DNA of 64,000 nt from an uncultured Acidobacteriota bacterium (GCA_963785395.1 CAWAVH010000018.1:156360-220359); one strand, 5' to 3'. Counted from the stretch's first letter, positions 10,465 through 18,695 are shown. The notes: generated by a model not told the origin, from the sequence alone. Numbers and translations: made by a program.

Positions 10465-11038
10465 ATGAAAATCGGCGTCATCGCGGTACAGGGAGATTAC
10501 GAAGCGCACGCCGCTGCCATCGAACGCGCTGGCGGCGAAACGATATTGGTGCGCACTCCCGCCGATGCAAAAAATGTGGACGCTCTTGTTCTCCCCGGTG
10601 GCGAGAGCACTACGCAACTTCAATTTCTGCAGGAAGAAGGGCTCGATAAAGTGATTCGCGAATTTGCGAAACACGGCAAGCCAATCTTCGGCACTTGCGC
10701 TGGAGCAATTCTTGCTCGCGAAAAAAGTTACCAATCCCGCACAGAAATCTCTCGGCGTTGCGGACATCGTCGTCGCCCGAAACGCTTATGGACGCCAGCT
10801 GTCGAGCGAAGTGCGCGAGGGCGAATCGAAAATTTCGGATGCGCCGCTTGAAATGGTTTTCATCCGCGCGCCCATCATCGAAAAATCCGGCACGAACGTA
10901 AAAATTCTCGCCGAATCCGGCGGCCATCCGGTACTGGTGCAGCAAAATAAAATTCTGATCGCAACTTTTCATCCCGAACTTTCCGCGGATTCCACCGTGC
11001 ACAAATACTTTTTGAAAATGGCGCGCAATGGGCACTGA
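10465..11038 (+). CDS. pdxT: Pyridoxal 5'-phosphate synthase glutaminase subunit PdxT; one apparent frameshift ~10715
   Basis: MKIGVIAVQGDYEAH...LVLPGGESTT...PIFGTCAGAI (catalytic Cys) is in ORF 10429..10851. It continues as ARNAYGRQLSSE...FIRAP...ATFHPEL in ORF 10664..11038. Confidence 0.9.
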
Positions 11039-11522
11039 TCTACCACCGGCAAAAACTCGAATACTTTTCGTGTGCCTCGGCAATTGCTGCCGCAGTCCGA
11101 TGGCCGAAGCAATCACGCGTCATCGCGCGAGCGATGTTCTGGCCGCATCGAGTGCTGGAACAATCGCGCTCGGTTTCGTCGCTCCATTCACTACGCAAGT
11201 TCTCGCGGAGCGCGGCATAGAAATTTCCGAACTTCATTCGAAGCCGCTCACTCGCGCCGCGCAGCACGCCGCGGATATTCTCGTGAACATGACCGGCCGC
11301 CCGAACGAAGAAGTCTTCGGCGAACACGGCGAGCGCGCCCTCGAATGGAAAATCACCGATCCTTACGGCGGCCCGATCGAAGACTATCGCGGCACATGCG
11401 ATGAAATCGAAACGCACCTCGCGGAACTCGTTGCGCGATTGCGCGCCAAGCGCGCGAAGTCCACAAAAACCGTGGGCGAAATTGCCGCGCGGCAAAACGT
11501 TGTCCGTCCGAAGAAGAATTAG
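11028..11522 (+). CDS. Low-molecular-weight protein-tyrosine phosphatase / arsenate-reductase-fold protein
   Basis: Contains the CX5R(S) P-loop ILFVCLGNCCRSPMAEA and the downstream DPYG acid loop. The start overlaps the pdxT stop by 11 nt. Confidence 0.85.
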   Translation: MGTDLPPAKTRILFVCLGNCCRSPMAEAITRHRASDVLAASSAGTIALGFVAPFTTQVLAERGIEISELHSKPLTRAAQHAADILVNMTGRPNEEVFGEHGERALEWKITDPYGGPIEDYRGTCDEIETHLAELVARLRAKRAKSTKTVGEIAARQNVVRPKKN

Positions 11523-11530
11523 GAGCTCTC

Positions 11531-12203
11531 GTGCGGCGCGAAAAAACCAGTGTCTCCCAGGAAGATTATTTGAAAGCGATCTGGGAGATGCTCGAAGAAG
11601 AAGAGACGCCGATCAGCGCGCGCCTCGCCGAGCAGCTTGACGTCACTCCTCCCGCTGTCACGGCCGCGCTGAAGCGCATGACCCGCGACGATTATCTCCG
11701 CGTCGGCCGCGATGGCGGCATTCGCCTCACTGCCAAGGGACGCGGCGTTGCGCAGCACCTCGCGCTGCGCCATCAGCTCGCGGAAAAACTTCTCACCGAT
11801 ATCATCGGCCTCGAATGGGCAAAAGCTCACGAAGAAGCCGAACGACTCGAACATGCTATCTCTCCTGAAGTGGAAGCGCTGCTCGTCGCACGCTTCGGCG
11901 AAAACGCGACTTGTCCCGCATGGAGTTCCTTTCGTCGGCGGCATCACGAAACTTCGCAAAAAACATGGCGCTGTTCCGCTTTCGGATGTTCCCGAAGGCG
12001 AATCCGTGCAAGTTCTCGCAGTGTACGAACGCGATCCAAAATTCTTACAATTTCTCGATCGTCTCGCGCTCAAGCCCGGCGTGGAAGCCCGCGTCCGCAA
12101 ACGCGAGTACGATCAAACCACTTTGCTCACCATCAATGGCCGCAACGTGCACTTGGGCGTTCCGGCGACAAGCCGCATCTGGGTGAAACGCCTCAGCACT
12201 TAG
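11531..12203 (+). CDS. DtxR/MntR-family metal-dependent transcriptional regulator with FeoA/SH3-like C-terminal domain; frameshift ~11910
   Basis: GTG at 11531 follows AGGAG. SQEDYLKAIWEMLEEEE..ISARLAEQLDVTPPAVTAALKRM and HLALRHQLAEKLLTDIIGLEWAKAHEEAERLEHAISPE are in ORF 11531..12253. The C-terminus (ATCPHGVPF..., SDVPEGESVQVLAVYERDPKFLQFLDRLALKPG) is in ORF 11712..12203. Confidence 0.85.
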
Positions 12204-12289
12204 TTTGGCCGCGCGAATACTCGCGCGCAACTCTTGCGGTCGATTCCATTTAAACTGGCTAGCCAGCAGAATTTCCAACGGAGGCATCG

Positions 12290-12610
12290 ATGCCCCTAAT
12301 TGACATCAATACACTTAATGCAATCGAACGCTTACCCGGCTGGTCTGGCCGCTATTTCCATTCCGAGAACATGACGGTCGCGCATTACGATTTCAAGAGC
12401 GGCTCCGCGATTCACGAACACTTCCACCCGCAGGAAGAAGTCTATGAAGTAATTGAAGGCGCACTTGAGCTGGTCATCGACGGCACCGCACAAATCGCGC
12501 GCTCCGGCTTCGTCGCGATTGTCCCAAGCAATGCGCGCCATTCAGTCAGGGCTCTCACGGATGGGCGCGCGATCATCATCGACTATCCGCGGAGACGCGA
12601 ATTCGAATAA
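12290..12610 (+). CDS. Cupin domain-containing protein
   Basis: 106-aa ORF with the cupin metal motif AIHEHFHPQEEVYEVIEG ... NARHSV. Confidence 0.8.
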   Translation: MPLIDINTLNAIERLPGWSGRYFHSENMTVAHYDFKSGSAIHEHFHPQEEVYEVIEGALELVIDGTAQIARSGFVAIVPSNARHSVRALTDGRAIIIDYPRRREFE

Positions 12611-12667
12611 TCTCGATTCAGTTTTGAACTATGTCGCGGTGAAATCGCGGCTGGGCTGCGCGTCTCT

Positions 12668-13201
12668 TTAGCTCTTGCGTTGGCGCTCAGAGCGAAACCA
12701 CTTTTCGTGAATGCGAATTCGCAGGCTGACTGTCGCTTTACCCGGTGCCTCGCCGTCGACTGCAGGAGTTGTTGGAGAAGCACTATCGATCGGCGCCGCT
12801 TCTACTGTTCCTTCTGTATTGCCGATGGCGTAGTTGATCGTAAATCCATCAACGCCATTACCAGATTGAGCTACCACTTCGCCGTTTTGTGCTTTTAGTC
12901 GAGCGGCGACATCATCGCGCAATGCCTGCATTAACGGGGCCCAATCCTGCGAGTTGATTACCAGCGTCGGTTCGAAATCCTCTTCGTGAGTTGCAAACTC
13001 GCGGCCCGCGCCGCCGCTTGTCACCGCCGCCTCCTGCGAAAACTGATCGGCTTTGAAGCGATCGATCACATTTTTCGGCGAGTACGTTTTTAGAAACGTG
13101 CTCTCATTTTCGGGCGTGGAGTACACCAGCCGATTCTGATCCAGGGCGACCCAAGTCAGGCCGACAGCTGCGACGATCGGCAACACAATAGCGAGCTTCA
13201 T
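12668..13201 (-). CDS. Hypothetical exported protein
   Basis: 177-aa ORF with an N-terminal signal/anchor MKLAIVLPIVAAVGLTWVAL. No recognisable domain. Confidence 0.6.
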   Translation of the reverse strand: MKLAIVLPIVAAVGLTWVALDQNRLVYSTPENESTFLKTYSPKNVIDRFKADQFSQEAAVTSGGAGREFATHEEDFEPTLVINSQDWAPLMQALRDDVAARLKAQNGEVVAQSGNGVDGFTINYAIGNTEGTVEAAPIDSASPTTPAVDGEAPGKATVSLRIRIHEKWFRSERQRKS

Positions 13202-13342
13202 ACTTCACCTCAAGAATTTCGCGTGTGGCAGGGGACGACCCACCGTTCCTACAACGATACGCTCTCTAGTTTTTAATGTCTACGCTTAGGCCATTTGAGA
13301 TCGAGGCTGGCAGCGCACGGTTTGACTTGCTTTGCTAATTGG

Positions 13343-13792
13343 TCAAACCGGCGGCTTCATATCCTTGCCGCAGATTTGCAGGTCGTATCCATTCACATCG
13401 CGAACATGATAACTATTGTCGGTGTCGAGCTTCGGGTTCAATCCGCGGCGATCGAGTTCAGCTTTCACGCCTTCTTTGTCCCAGGTCTCGATGGTGTATG
13501 CGATGTGATCGATTTTCGGCGTCGCATCCGCTTGGCGCGAGTTGCGCGGAATCAAAAAGCTATTCGAATCGCCCAGCACCATAAAGCATTGCGTGCCCGT
13601 ATCGCCCACTACTTTCATTCCCATCAAATCCGCGTAGAAATCACGCGTCTTCGCGTAGTCGGCGCACTGGTACGAAATGTGATTCACGCCGATGGTCTTA
13701 AACCCCTTCGACGTTTGCGCCTCTACGGGTGCAACTCCCGCCGCGCTCGCGGCCACCACCGCGATACTCTGGATCAGTTGTCGCCGCGTCAT
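13343..13792 (-). CDS. VOC (glyoxalase/bleomycin-resistance/dioxygenase fold) family protein with twin-arginine signal peptide
   Basis: MTRRQLIQSIAVVAASAAGVAPVEA is a Tat-type signal, followed by GVNHISYQCADYAKTRDFYADLMGM...IDHIAYTIE...YHVRDVNGYDLQI. The ORF track start at 13828 is an alternative. Confidence 0.8.
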   Translation of the reverse strand: MTRRQLIQSIAVVAASAAGVAPVEAQTSKGFKTIGVNHISYQCADYAKTRDFYADLMGMKVVGDTGTQCFMVLGDSNSFLIPRNSRQADATPKIDHIAYTIETWDKEGVKAELDRRGLNPKLDTDNSYHVRDVNGYDLQICGKDMKPPV

Positions 13793-13995
13793 TCGTCCCG
13801 CCCTCGAATTCGTCGAGCAATTTCCCAATCACATTTTCCATGGCCATCCTCCGAAGGAGCTAGCTGCCGTGCCGCGGCCGCCATTGAACCACGAACCGAC
13901 AGATTTCGCGCAAACATTCACGTCTTGCCGCAACGCCCCGATCAAGTTTTCGAGAGACTCTTTCTCGAATGCCCCGTAAAATCATTTTGAACAAA

Positions 13996-15682
13996 ATGAA
14001 AACGGTTCGTCATGTCTCCGCAACCATTGTGCGCTAGCGATCTGCGCGCTATTTCTGACAGTGCCGTGCCGCTCAGCTTCGCAAAGCGCTTCCAAGGAAA
14101 ACGCTCAGCCATCGACTTCAAATGAATTCCAGCAATTTGAAGAAGACATTGAAACAATTCGAGCTGAACTGAAAAGTTCCCGGAATGGCCGCCGCCGTGG
14201 TACGCGACGGCAAAATGGTTTGGCGGCACAATTTCGGTGAAGCAGATGCAGAGTCGCACGCGCCCGTGACCGACCAAACTTTGTTTCCCATCGCGTCCAT
14301 CAGCAAAACGATGGCGGCCGTGGTGATCATGCAGCTGGTGAACGAAGGCAAACTGAAACTTTCCGATCCGATCACGAAGTACCGCCCCGAGTTGCCGTTT
14401 CCGCCGACGATTACGATCGAACGAATTATGTCGCACACCGCCGAAGGAATTCCCGGCGAGGAATTTCTGTACAGCGGCGCGCTGTATGGATTGCTCACCG
14501 GCGTAATCGAACGCGTGGAGCACAAGCCGTACGCACAGGTGCTCAACGAGCGGATCTTTCATCCACTGCAGATGAACGACACGTTCGCCGGATTGCCCGC
14601 CGACAAATCCGCGGCGAATACAAAATCTGTAGCGTCGCGAATCGCCACGGGGTATCAACTCGATCCGCAAACGCATGAGGCTGCTCCTCTTTCGATCGAT
14701 CTTTCCAGAATCAGCACAGCGACCGGAGTAATTTCTGATATCGGCGACCTCGCCAAATATGCGGCCGCGCTCGACACCGACAAACTTGTTGCCACGCGCC
14801 ACGATGGAATTGATAAGCACACCGCAGCGCTCGACTCGCGGCGGGACTTTGCCGTATGGGCTCGGCTGGTTTGCGGAGGAGTATCTCGGCGAACAAATCG
14901 TTTGGCATTACGGCCAAGAGCGCAATTATTCGAGTCTGTTTGTGCGCGTACCATCGAGACATCTCACTTTCATCATGCTCGCGAATTCCGTCGCGCTAAG
15001 CGATGCGCCGCGGCTCAGCGATGGTGAACTTGCGCGATCACCTGCAGCGCTTGCGTTTCTTGCTGATGTGGTGCTCGCCGTAAATCCGGAGTCAGCAATC
15101 ACTCCATCAGAAGCGATCGCCTCATTGCGCGGCGAAACTTTGCGCAGCGTGCCGGCGAACACTCCGCAGAATCAAAGCGTGCGATTGCTGGCGCGCGATG
15201 CGCTCGTGGCGCAATCGCGCATCGAGTCGTATTTGGGCCACGCCGACAAATCCGCCGCGCTGATGACGCATTGCGTCGATCAATTTCCTGGACTCGGCTT
15301 GCCGCGCGAAACCGCAACGCTTTTCTATCTGGTGCAACTTCACTCCTCCGAATTGCGCGATGTGACGATCGAAGTCGCGCATGCGCTTGTGGAAGTACAT
15401 CCAACGCTCGCTCCAGCGTTGTACTTTGCCGGAGTGGCTGAGCAACAAGCCGGCCACGACGACAAAGCGCAAGACTTCTGGAAGCGCGCATGCAATCAGT
15501 GGCCGCATACCGAACATTGGTCGGTGGGGAATTCATGCCTCGAAGCTGGCCGCAGCTACGTTGAAAACAATGAAAAACTCGCCCGGCTTTATTTGGGCCG
15601 CGCGATCGAAGCCGCGGCTGATGATGAAACTTCCGCCGAAGCGCGGAAGCTGCTTGCAAAGCTTGGCGACACACCGCAATAA
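13996..15682 (+). CDS. Serine hydrolase (beta-lactamase/PBP4* fold) with C-terminal helical TPR-like extension; apparent frameshifts ~14033, ~14175, ~14790
   Basis: The signal-peptide region starts at ATG 13996. NEFQQFEEDIETIRAELK joins PGMAAAVVRDGKMVW if one A of AAAA (14172-14175) is removed. SxxK motif is PIASISKTM (ORF 14185..15027). It continues as YGLGWF...WHYGQERNYSSLFVRVPS...IMLANS plus a helical repeat tail in ORF 14759..15682. Confidence 0.82.
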
Positions 15683-15747
15683 TCGCTGCGGATTCGCGTT
15701 CGTGGCGCCCGCCTGCAAAGACGCGCCGCGCGATTCGATCACACATC

Positions 15748-15972
15748 ATGTTCTTCGCTCTGCGTTACTACTGGACTGCGGCAAAGGGCCATCGACTGAG
15801 CCCGTGGCGAAGTCCATATTTGCGCTGGCGGATGGAAACATTTTTTGGCGCGGAAGCCGGCGACGGCAGCGCGCGCGAATTTATCCGGTTGATGTGGAGA
15901 GAGCGCGAACGAATGGGGCGCTTTCTGAGTTGGGCGCACGAAAGGCAGCGCGAGCAATCGCAAAGGCGATAA
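15748..15972 (+). CDS. Small hypothetical protein (74 aa, Trp/Arg-rich)
   Basis: ORF MFFALRYYWTAAKGHRLSPWRSPYLRWRMETFFG.... No SD sequence and no recognised domain. It fills the gap between the hydrolase and the radical SAM gene on the same strand. Confidence 0.35.
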   Translation: MFFALRYYWTAAKGHRLSPWRSPYLRWRMETFFGAEAGDGSAREFIRLMWRERERMGRFLSWAHERQREQSQRR

Positions 15973-16049
15973 GTATTTTGTTCGTTTCGTCAAAACGAGA
16001 TCCTTCACCCATCCTTATCGGATAGACTCAGCACGACGGCCGCACGCAA

Positions 16050-17172
16050 ATGTCTGATCTAAAAATTCTCCAAAAGACGCAGAACCTGCACCCCGCTCAG
16101 TGGTGGGAGCCGATGGGTGATGGCCGCGTGCATTGTTATTTGTGTCCGCGGCACTGCCACATTGGAGAAGGGCAGGCCGGCTTTTGTTTTATTCGCGTGA
16201 ATCAGGGCGGCGCGCTTTACAGTCTTGGATATGCGTCGCCTGCCGCGATGCAAATCGATCCGATCGAAAAAAAACCGCTGAACCATTTTCTGCCGGGCAC
16301 ACGAGTGTTTTCGATGGGCACGGCCGGTTGCAACATGGGCTGCTTTTTCTGCCAGAACTGGGACATTTCCAAATCGCACGCCGATCAAGTGCGTTCGCAA
16401 TACGTGCCTGCCGAAGATGTGGTGGCGCTGGCGATCGAACACGATTGCAAATCGATCGCATTCACTTACAACGAGCCGACGATTTGGGGCGAATACGTAA
16501 TCGATATTTGCCACGCAGCGCGCGAGCAGGGCATCGCGACGGTGATGGTGAGCAACGGATACATCACGCGCGAAGCGTTCCACGATATTTACGATCACGT
16601 GGACGCGGCGAACATCGATTTGAAAGCGTTCTCCGAAGATTTCTACGGACGAATCACGCTGACACATTTGAAGCCCGTGCTCGACATGCTCGAGTGGCTG
16701 AAAAATGAAACGAACGTTTGGTTCGAGCTGACAAATTTAATTATTCCAACGCTCAACGACGGCGCGCGCGAGTTTCACGAGCTGAGCGAATGGGTGCTCG
16801 AACATCTCGGTCCCGATGTGCCGCTGCATTTCACGGCGTTTCATCCCGATTTCAAATTGCGCGATAAGCCGCCCGACTCCGCCGGAAACATTGCACGCTG
16901 CGCGGCGCATCGCGCTCGACACTGGACTGCATTACGTCTACGAAGGAAATATTCATCACGGCGCCGGCGAGACGATTTGCCCGAAGTGCGGGGCAATCCT
17001 CATTCGGCGATCGTGGCATAGCGTGATGCAAAATCGTTTGCATCAGGGCGCATGTTTCTCTTGCGGCACCGCCATTTCGGGACGATGGACGATACCGGGC
17101 GTGACCGATTCGGTTGCGAACCGGCGCGACCCTGCGCGGGTTGCTCGGAAGTATGAGACGTTGAATCTGTAA
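16050..17172 (+). CDS. AmmeMemoRadiSam system radical SAM enzyme (AmrS-like); one apparent frameshift ~16875
   Basis: HCYLCPRHCHIGEGQAGFC (N-terminal Cys cluster), the radical SAM CX3CX2C motif GCNMGCFFCQNW and NEPTIWGEY are in ORF 16050..17021. The C-terminus (HAARRIALDTGLHYVYEGNI...CPKCG...) is in ORF 16816..17172. Confidence 0.85.
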
Positions 17173-17220
17173 GTGATCGAGCTTGTGCTTCCAATTCCGG
17201 AAATGGGAATGTGCTAGTTG

Positions 17221-17297
17221 GATGATTTCTCTCGCCCCCCACCCCCCCTCGAAAACACCTGTTTTTTGGCTAAGTGTTGAATCTACGGGAGTTGCGG
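17221..17297 (-). repeat. Degenerate half-copy of the G6-N-G6 promoter-linked element
   Basis: The minus strand reads ...AACTCCCGTAGATTC...GAGGGGGGGTGGGGGGCGAGAGAAATCATCC, matching the 3' part of the 56118..56198 copy (AACTCCTGTAGAATC...GAGGGGGGTGGGGGGCTTGCTGATGATCGC) with an internal insertion. Confidence 0.6.
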
Positions 17298-17396
17298 TAA
17301 TTTCGCGACAGCAAAAAGGCCCTTTGCCTTCAGCCTTCGCCGGGTGTGCAGCTGCGGCCAAGGAATCCTATTCGTTCTAGTCTGAGATTCGGGATA

Positions 17397-17479
17397 CCCC
17401 CCTCCCCCCTGTTTTTGCGTAACTGCAGATTCTAAAGGAGTTAGCTAGTACTACTCCCGTATCTACAGATATAGTTAGA
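17397..17479 (-). repeat. Conserved ~83-nt non-coding module (copy 1): DR-hairpin-DR-G6AG6
   Basis: The reverse complement aligns with 56118..56198 with 7 mismatches over about 83 nt. It contains ATCTGTAGATACG / ATCTGCAGTTACG repeats flanking GGAGT-N11-ACTCC and ends in GGGGGGAGGGGGG. Confidence 0.85.
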
Positions 17480-17525
17480 GTTAAGGCCGAATTAGGGGGC
17501 CGAGTACTATCGAAAGAGGTGCGCC

Positions 17526-17559
17526 CCAAAAGCAAAACCCGCGCTGGTGGGCGCGGGTT
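17526..17559 (-). terminator. Rho-independent terminator-like hairpin about 15-45 nt downstream of the predicted promoter
   Basis: 9-bp stem AACCCGCGC/GCGCGGGTT with loop CCACCA (minus-strand sense), followed by TTGCTTTTGGGG on the minus strand. Confidence 0.6.
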
Positions 17560-17578
17560 GGTATAACTCTCCACCAAC

Positions 17579-17607
17579 ATTATCTCATGTCAAGCAAATC
17601 ATGTCAA
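17579..17607 (-). promoter_or_regulatory. Consensus-like sigma70 promoter TTGACA-N17-GATAAT (minus strand)
   Basis: The minus strand reads CTCATTATTTCTCTTGACAtgatttgcttgacatgaGATAATgttggtggag. It has the same hexamers, spacing and similar flanks as the promoter at 55969..55997. No CDS lies downstream on this strand. Confidence 0.6.
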
Positions 17608-17714
17608 GAGAAATAATGAGAAATATGCAGATAACTCGGTGACTTATAGGAGAGCCCGTGGGCGATGAGCCTACGACGGGACGAACTCCAGGAGAATTGG
17701 TTCGATTAGCGATG

Positions 17715-17740
17715 GAAAAAAGGGCGGGCCAAGCCCGCCC
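17715..17740 (-). terminator. Rho-independent terminator of 17754..18209
   Basis: GGGCGGGC/GCCCGCCC stem 14 nt after the stop codon, followed on the minus strand by TTTTTT. Confidence 0.8.
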
Positions 17741-17753
17741 GTAAAGCGGTGTG

Positions 17754-18209
17754 CTAGCGTTTGCGGCTTGCGCGGCGCACGGTCTTGCGCGCTTTGCGTG
17801 CGGTTTTCTTGGCGGAGCGAGTGGTGCGGCGAACAGATTTTCGAGCGGTTTTCGCCGCAGAACGCACAGACTTGCTTACTGCCTTCGCAGTCTTGCGAAC
17901 CTTTTTTGCGGAGCTTCGAGCTGACTTCTCCGTTTTACGAACTGAGCGAGTGACTTTGCGCGCAGCATTTCTGCCTGCGCGAATCAGTTTTTCGGCGTCA
18001 TGTTTTGCAGTGGTGGTTCTGGCGGCGATTTTGCCCATGGCGGAGCCGGTCTTTTCGCCGATGGTCTCCATCGTGTCGCTGATGGTTTCCATTGTGGAGC
18101 CGGTTTTTGCGGCGATCGTACCAAGCGTTGAGCCAATCGATTCCGCGACGCTAACCAGGAGATCGTGTTCTTTGTCGGGCGCATGGTTCTTATGATCGTG
18201 AGAGGCCAT
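17754..18209 (-). CDS. Hypothetical repeat-built basic protein (Gly/Thr/Ser 11-mer-like repeats N-terminal, Lys/Arg-rich repeats C-terminal)
   Basis: 151-aa ORF. It reads SIGSTLGTIAAKTGSTMETISDTMETIGEKTGSAMGKIAA, then RKVTRSVRKTEKSARSSAKKVRKTAKAVSKSVRSAAKTARKSVRRTTRSAKKTARKARKTVRRASRKR. It has its own terminator. Confidence 0.7.
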   Translation of the reverse strand: MASHDHKNHAPDKEHDLLVSVAESIGSTLGTIAAKTGSTMETISDTMETIGEKTGSAMGKIAARTTTAKHDAEKLIRAGRNAARKVTRSVRKTEKSARSSAKKVRKTAKAVSKSVRSAAKTARKSVRRTTRSAKKTARKARKTVRRASRKR

Positions 18210-18315
18210 TTGGTTGCTCCTTCGAAATTATTTCGCAGAATCGAGCGAGTGACACCATCTCGTACAGGAGAATCATTGAACCACAGAATTTGTTTTGCGC
18301 AACGCCAATTCGAAG

Positions 18316-18585
18316 TTAAACCTTTTTCGCGTCGCGATAAGCCTCTTCGCCGGCGTCGATCGCGTCGGTTACGCGGTCTTTTGCCAGCTCCACGAGTTTT
18401 TGCGCGCGCTTTTGCACCTGTTTACCCGTCGCGCGGGCTTCATCGAGCAGGTCGTTCGCACCGTCAGCGATATCGCCGCGAAGCCGTGCGCCGGATTTCG
18501 GAGCGAGGAGTAGCGCAGCGCCGACCCCGATGCCCAAACCTGCGAGGAAAATACCAATTTTTCCGGACACGTTATCTCTCGTCAT
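18316..18585 (-). CDS. YtxH domain-containing protein
   Basis: MTRDNVSGKIGIFLAGLGIGVGAALLLAPKSGARLRGDI is the YtxH motif. ATG at 18585 is preceded by GGAG. The ORF track alternative start is 18630. Confidence 0.78.
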   Translation of the reverse strand: MTRDNVSGKIGIFLAGLGIGVGAALLLAPKSGARLRGDIADGANDLLDEARATGKQVQKRAQKLVELAKDRVTDAIDAGEEAYRDAKKV

Positions 18586-18695
18586 CTCGGATCTCCAATC
18601 ATTCAACCAGTTATTTGAGTCGGTAGGCATGGTATTGGTGACAGCAAAGGGGGAGGAACTCCGAAATGGAGTTCCTCCCGCCTCGAATCACTAAA

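Noticed and set aside
17397-17479. CRISPR-like or G-quadruplex interpretation of the ATCTGCAGTTACG repeats and G6NG6 tracts
   Set aside because: There are only two direct repeats per locus and no cas genes or regular spacer array. There are only two G-runs per copy, and four are needed for an intramolecular G4.
17377-17580. 67-aa ORF spanning repeat copy 1
   Set aside because: 6 of the 7 differences from the 56-kb copy are non-synonymous in this frame, and the 56-kb copy has no start codon in the equivalent frame. Conservation is therefore at nucleotide or structure level, not protein level.
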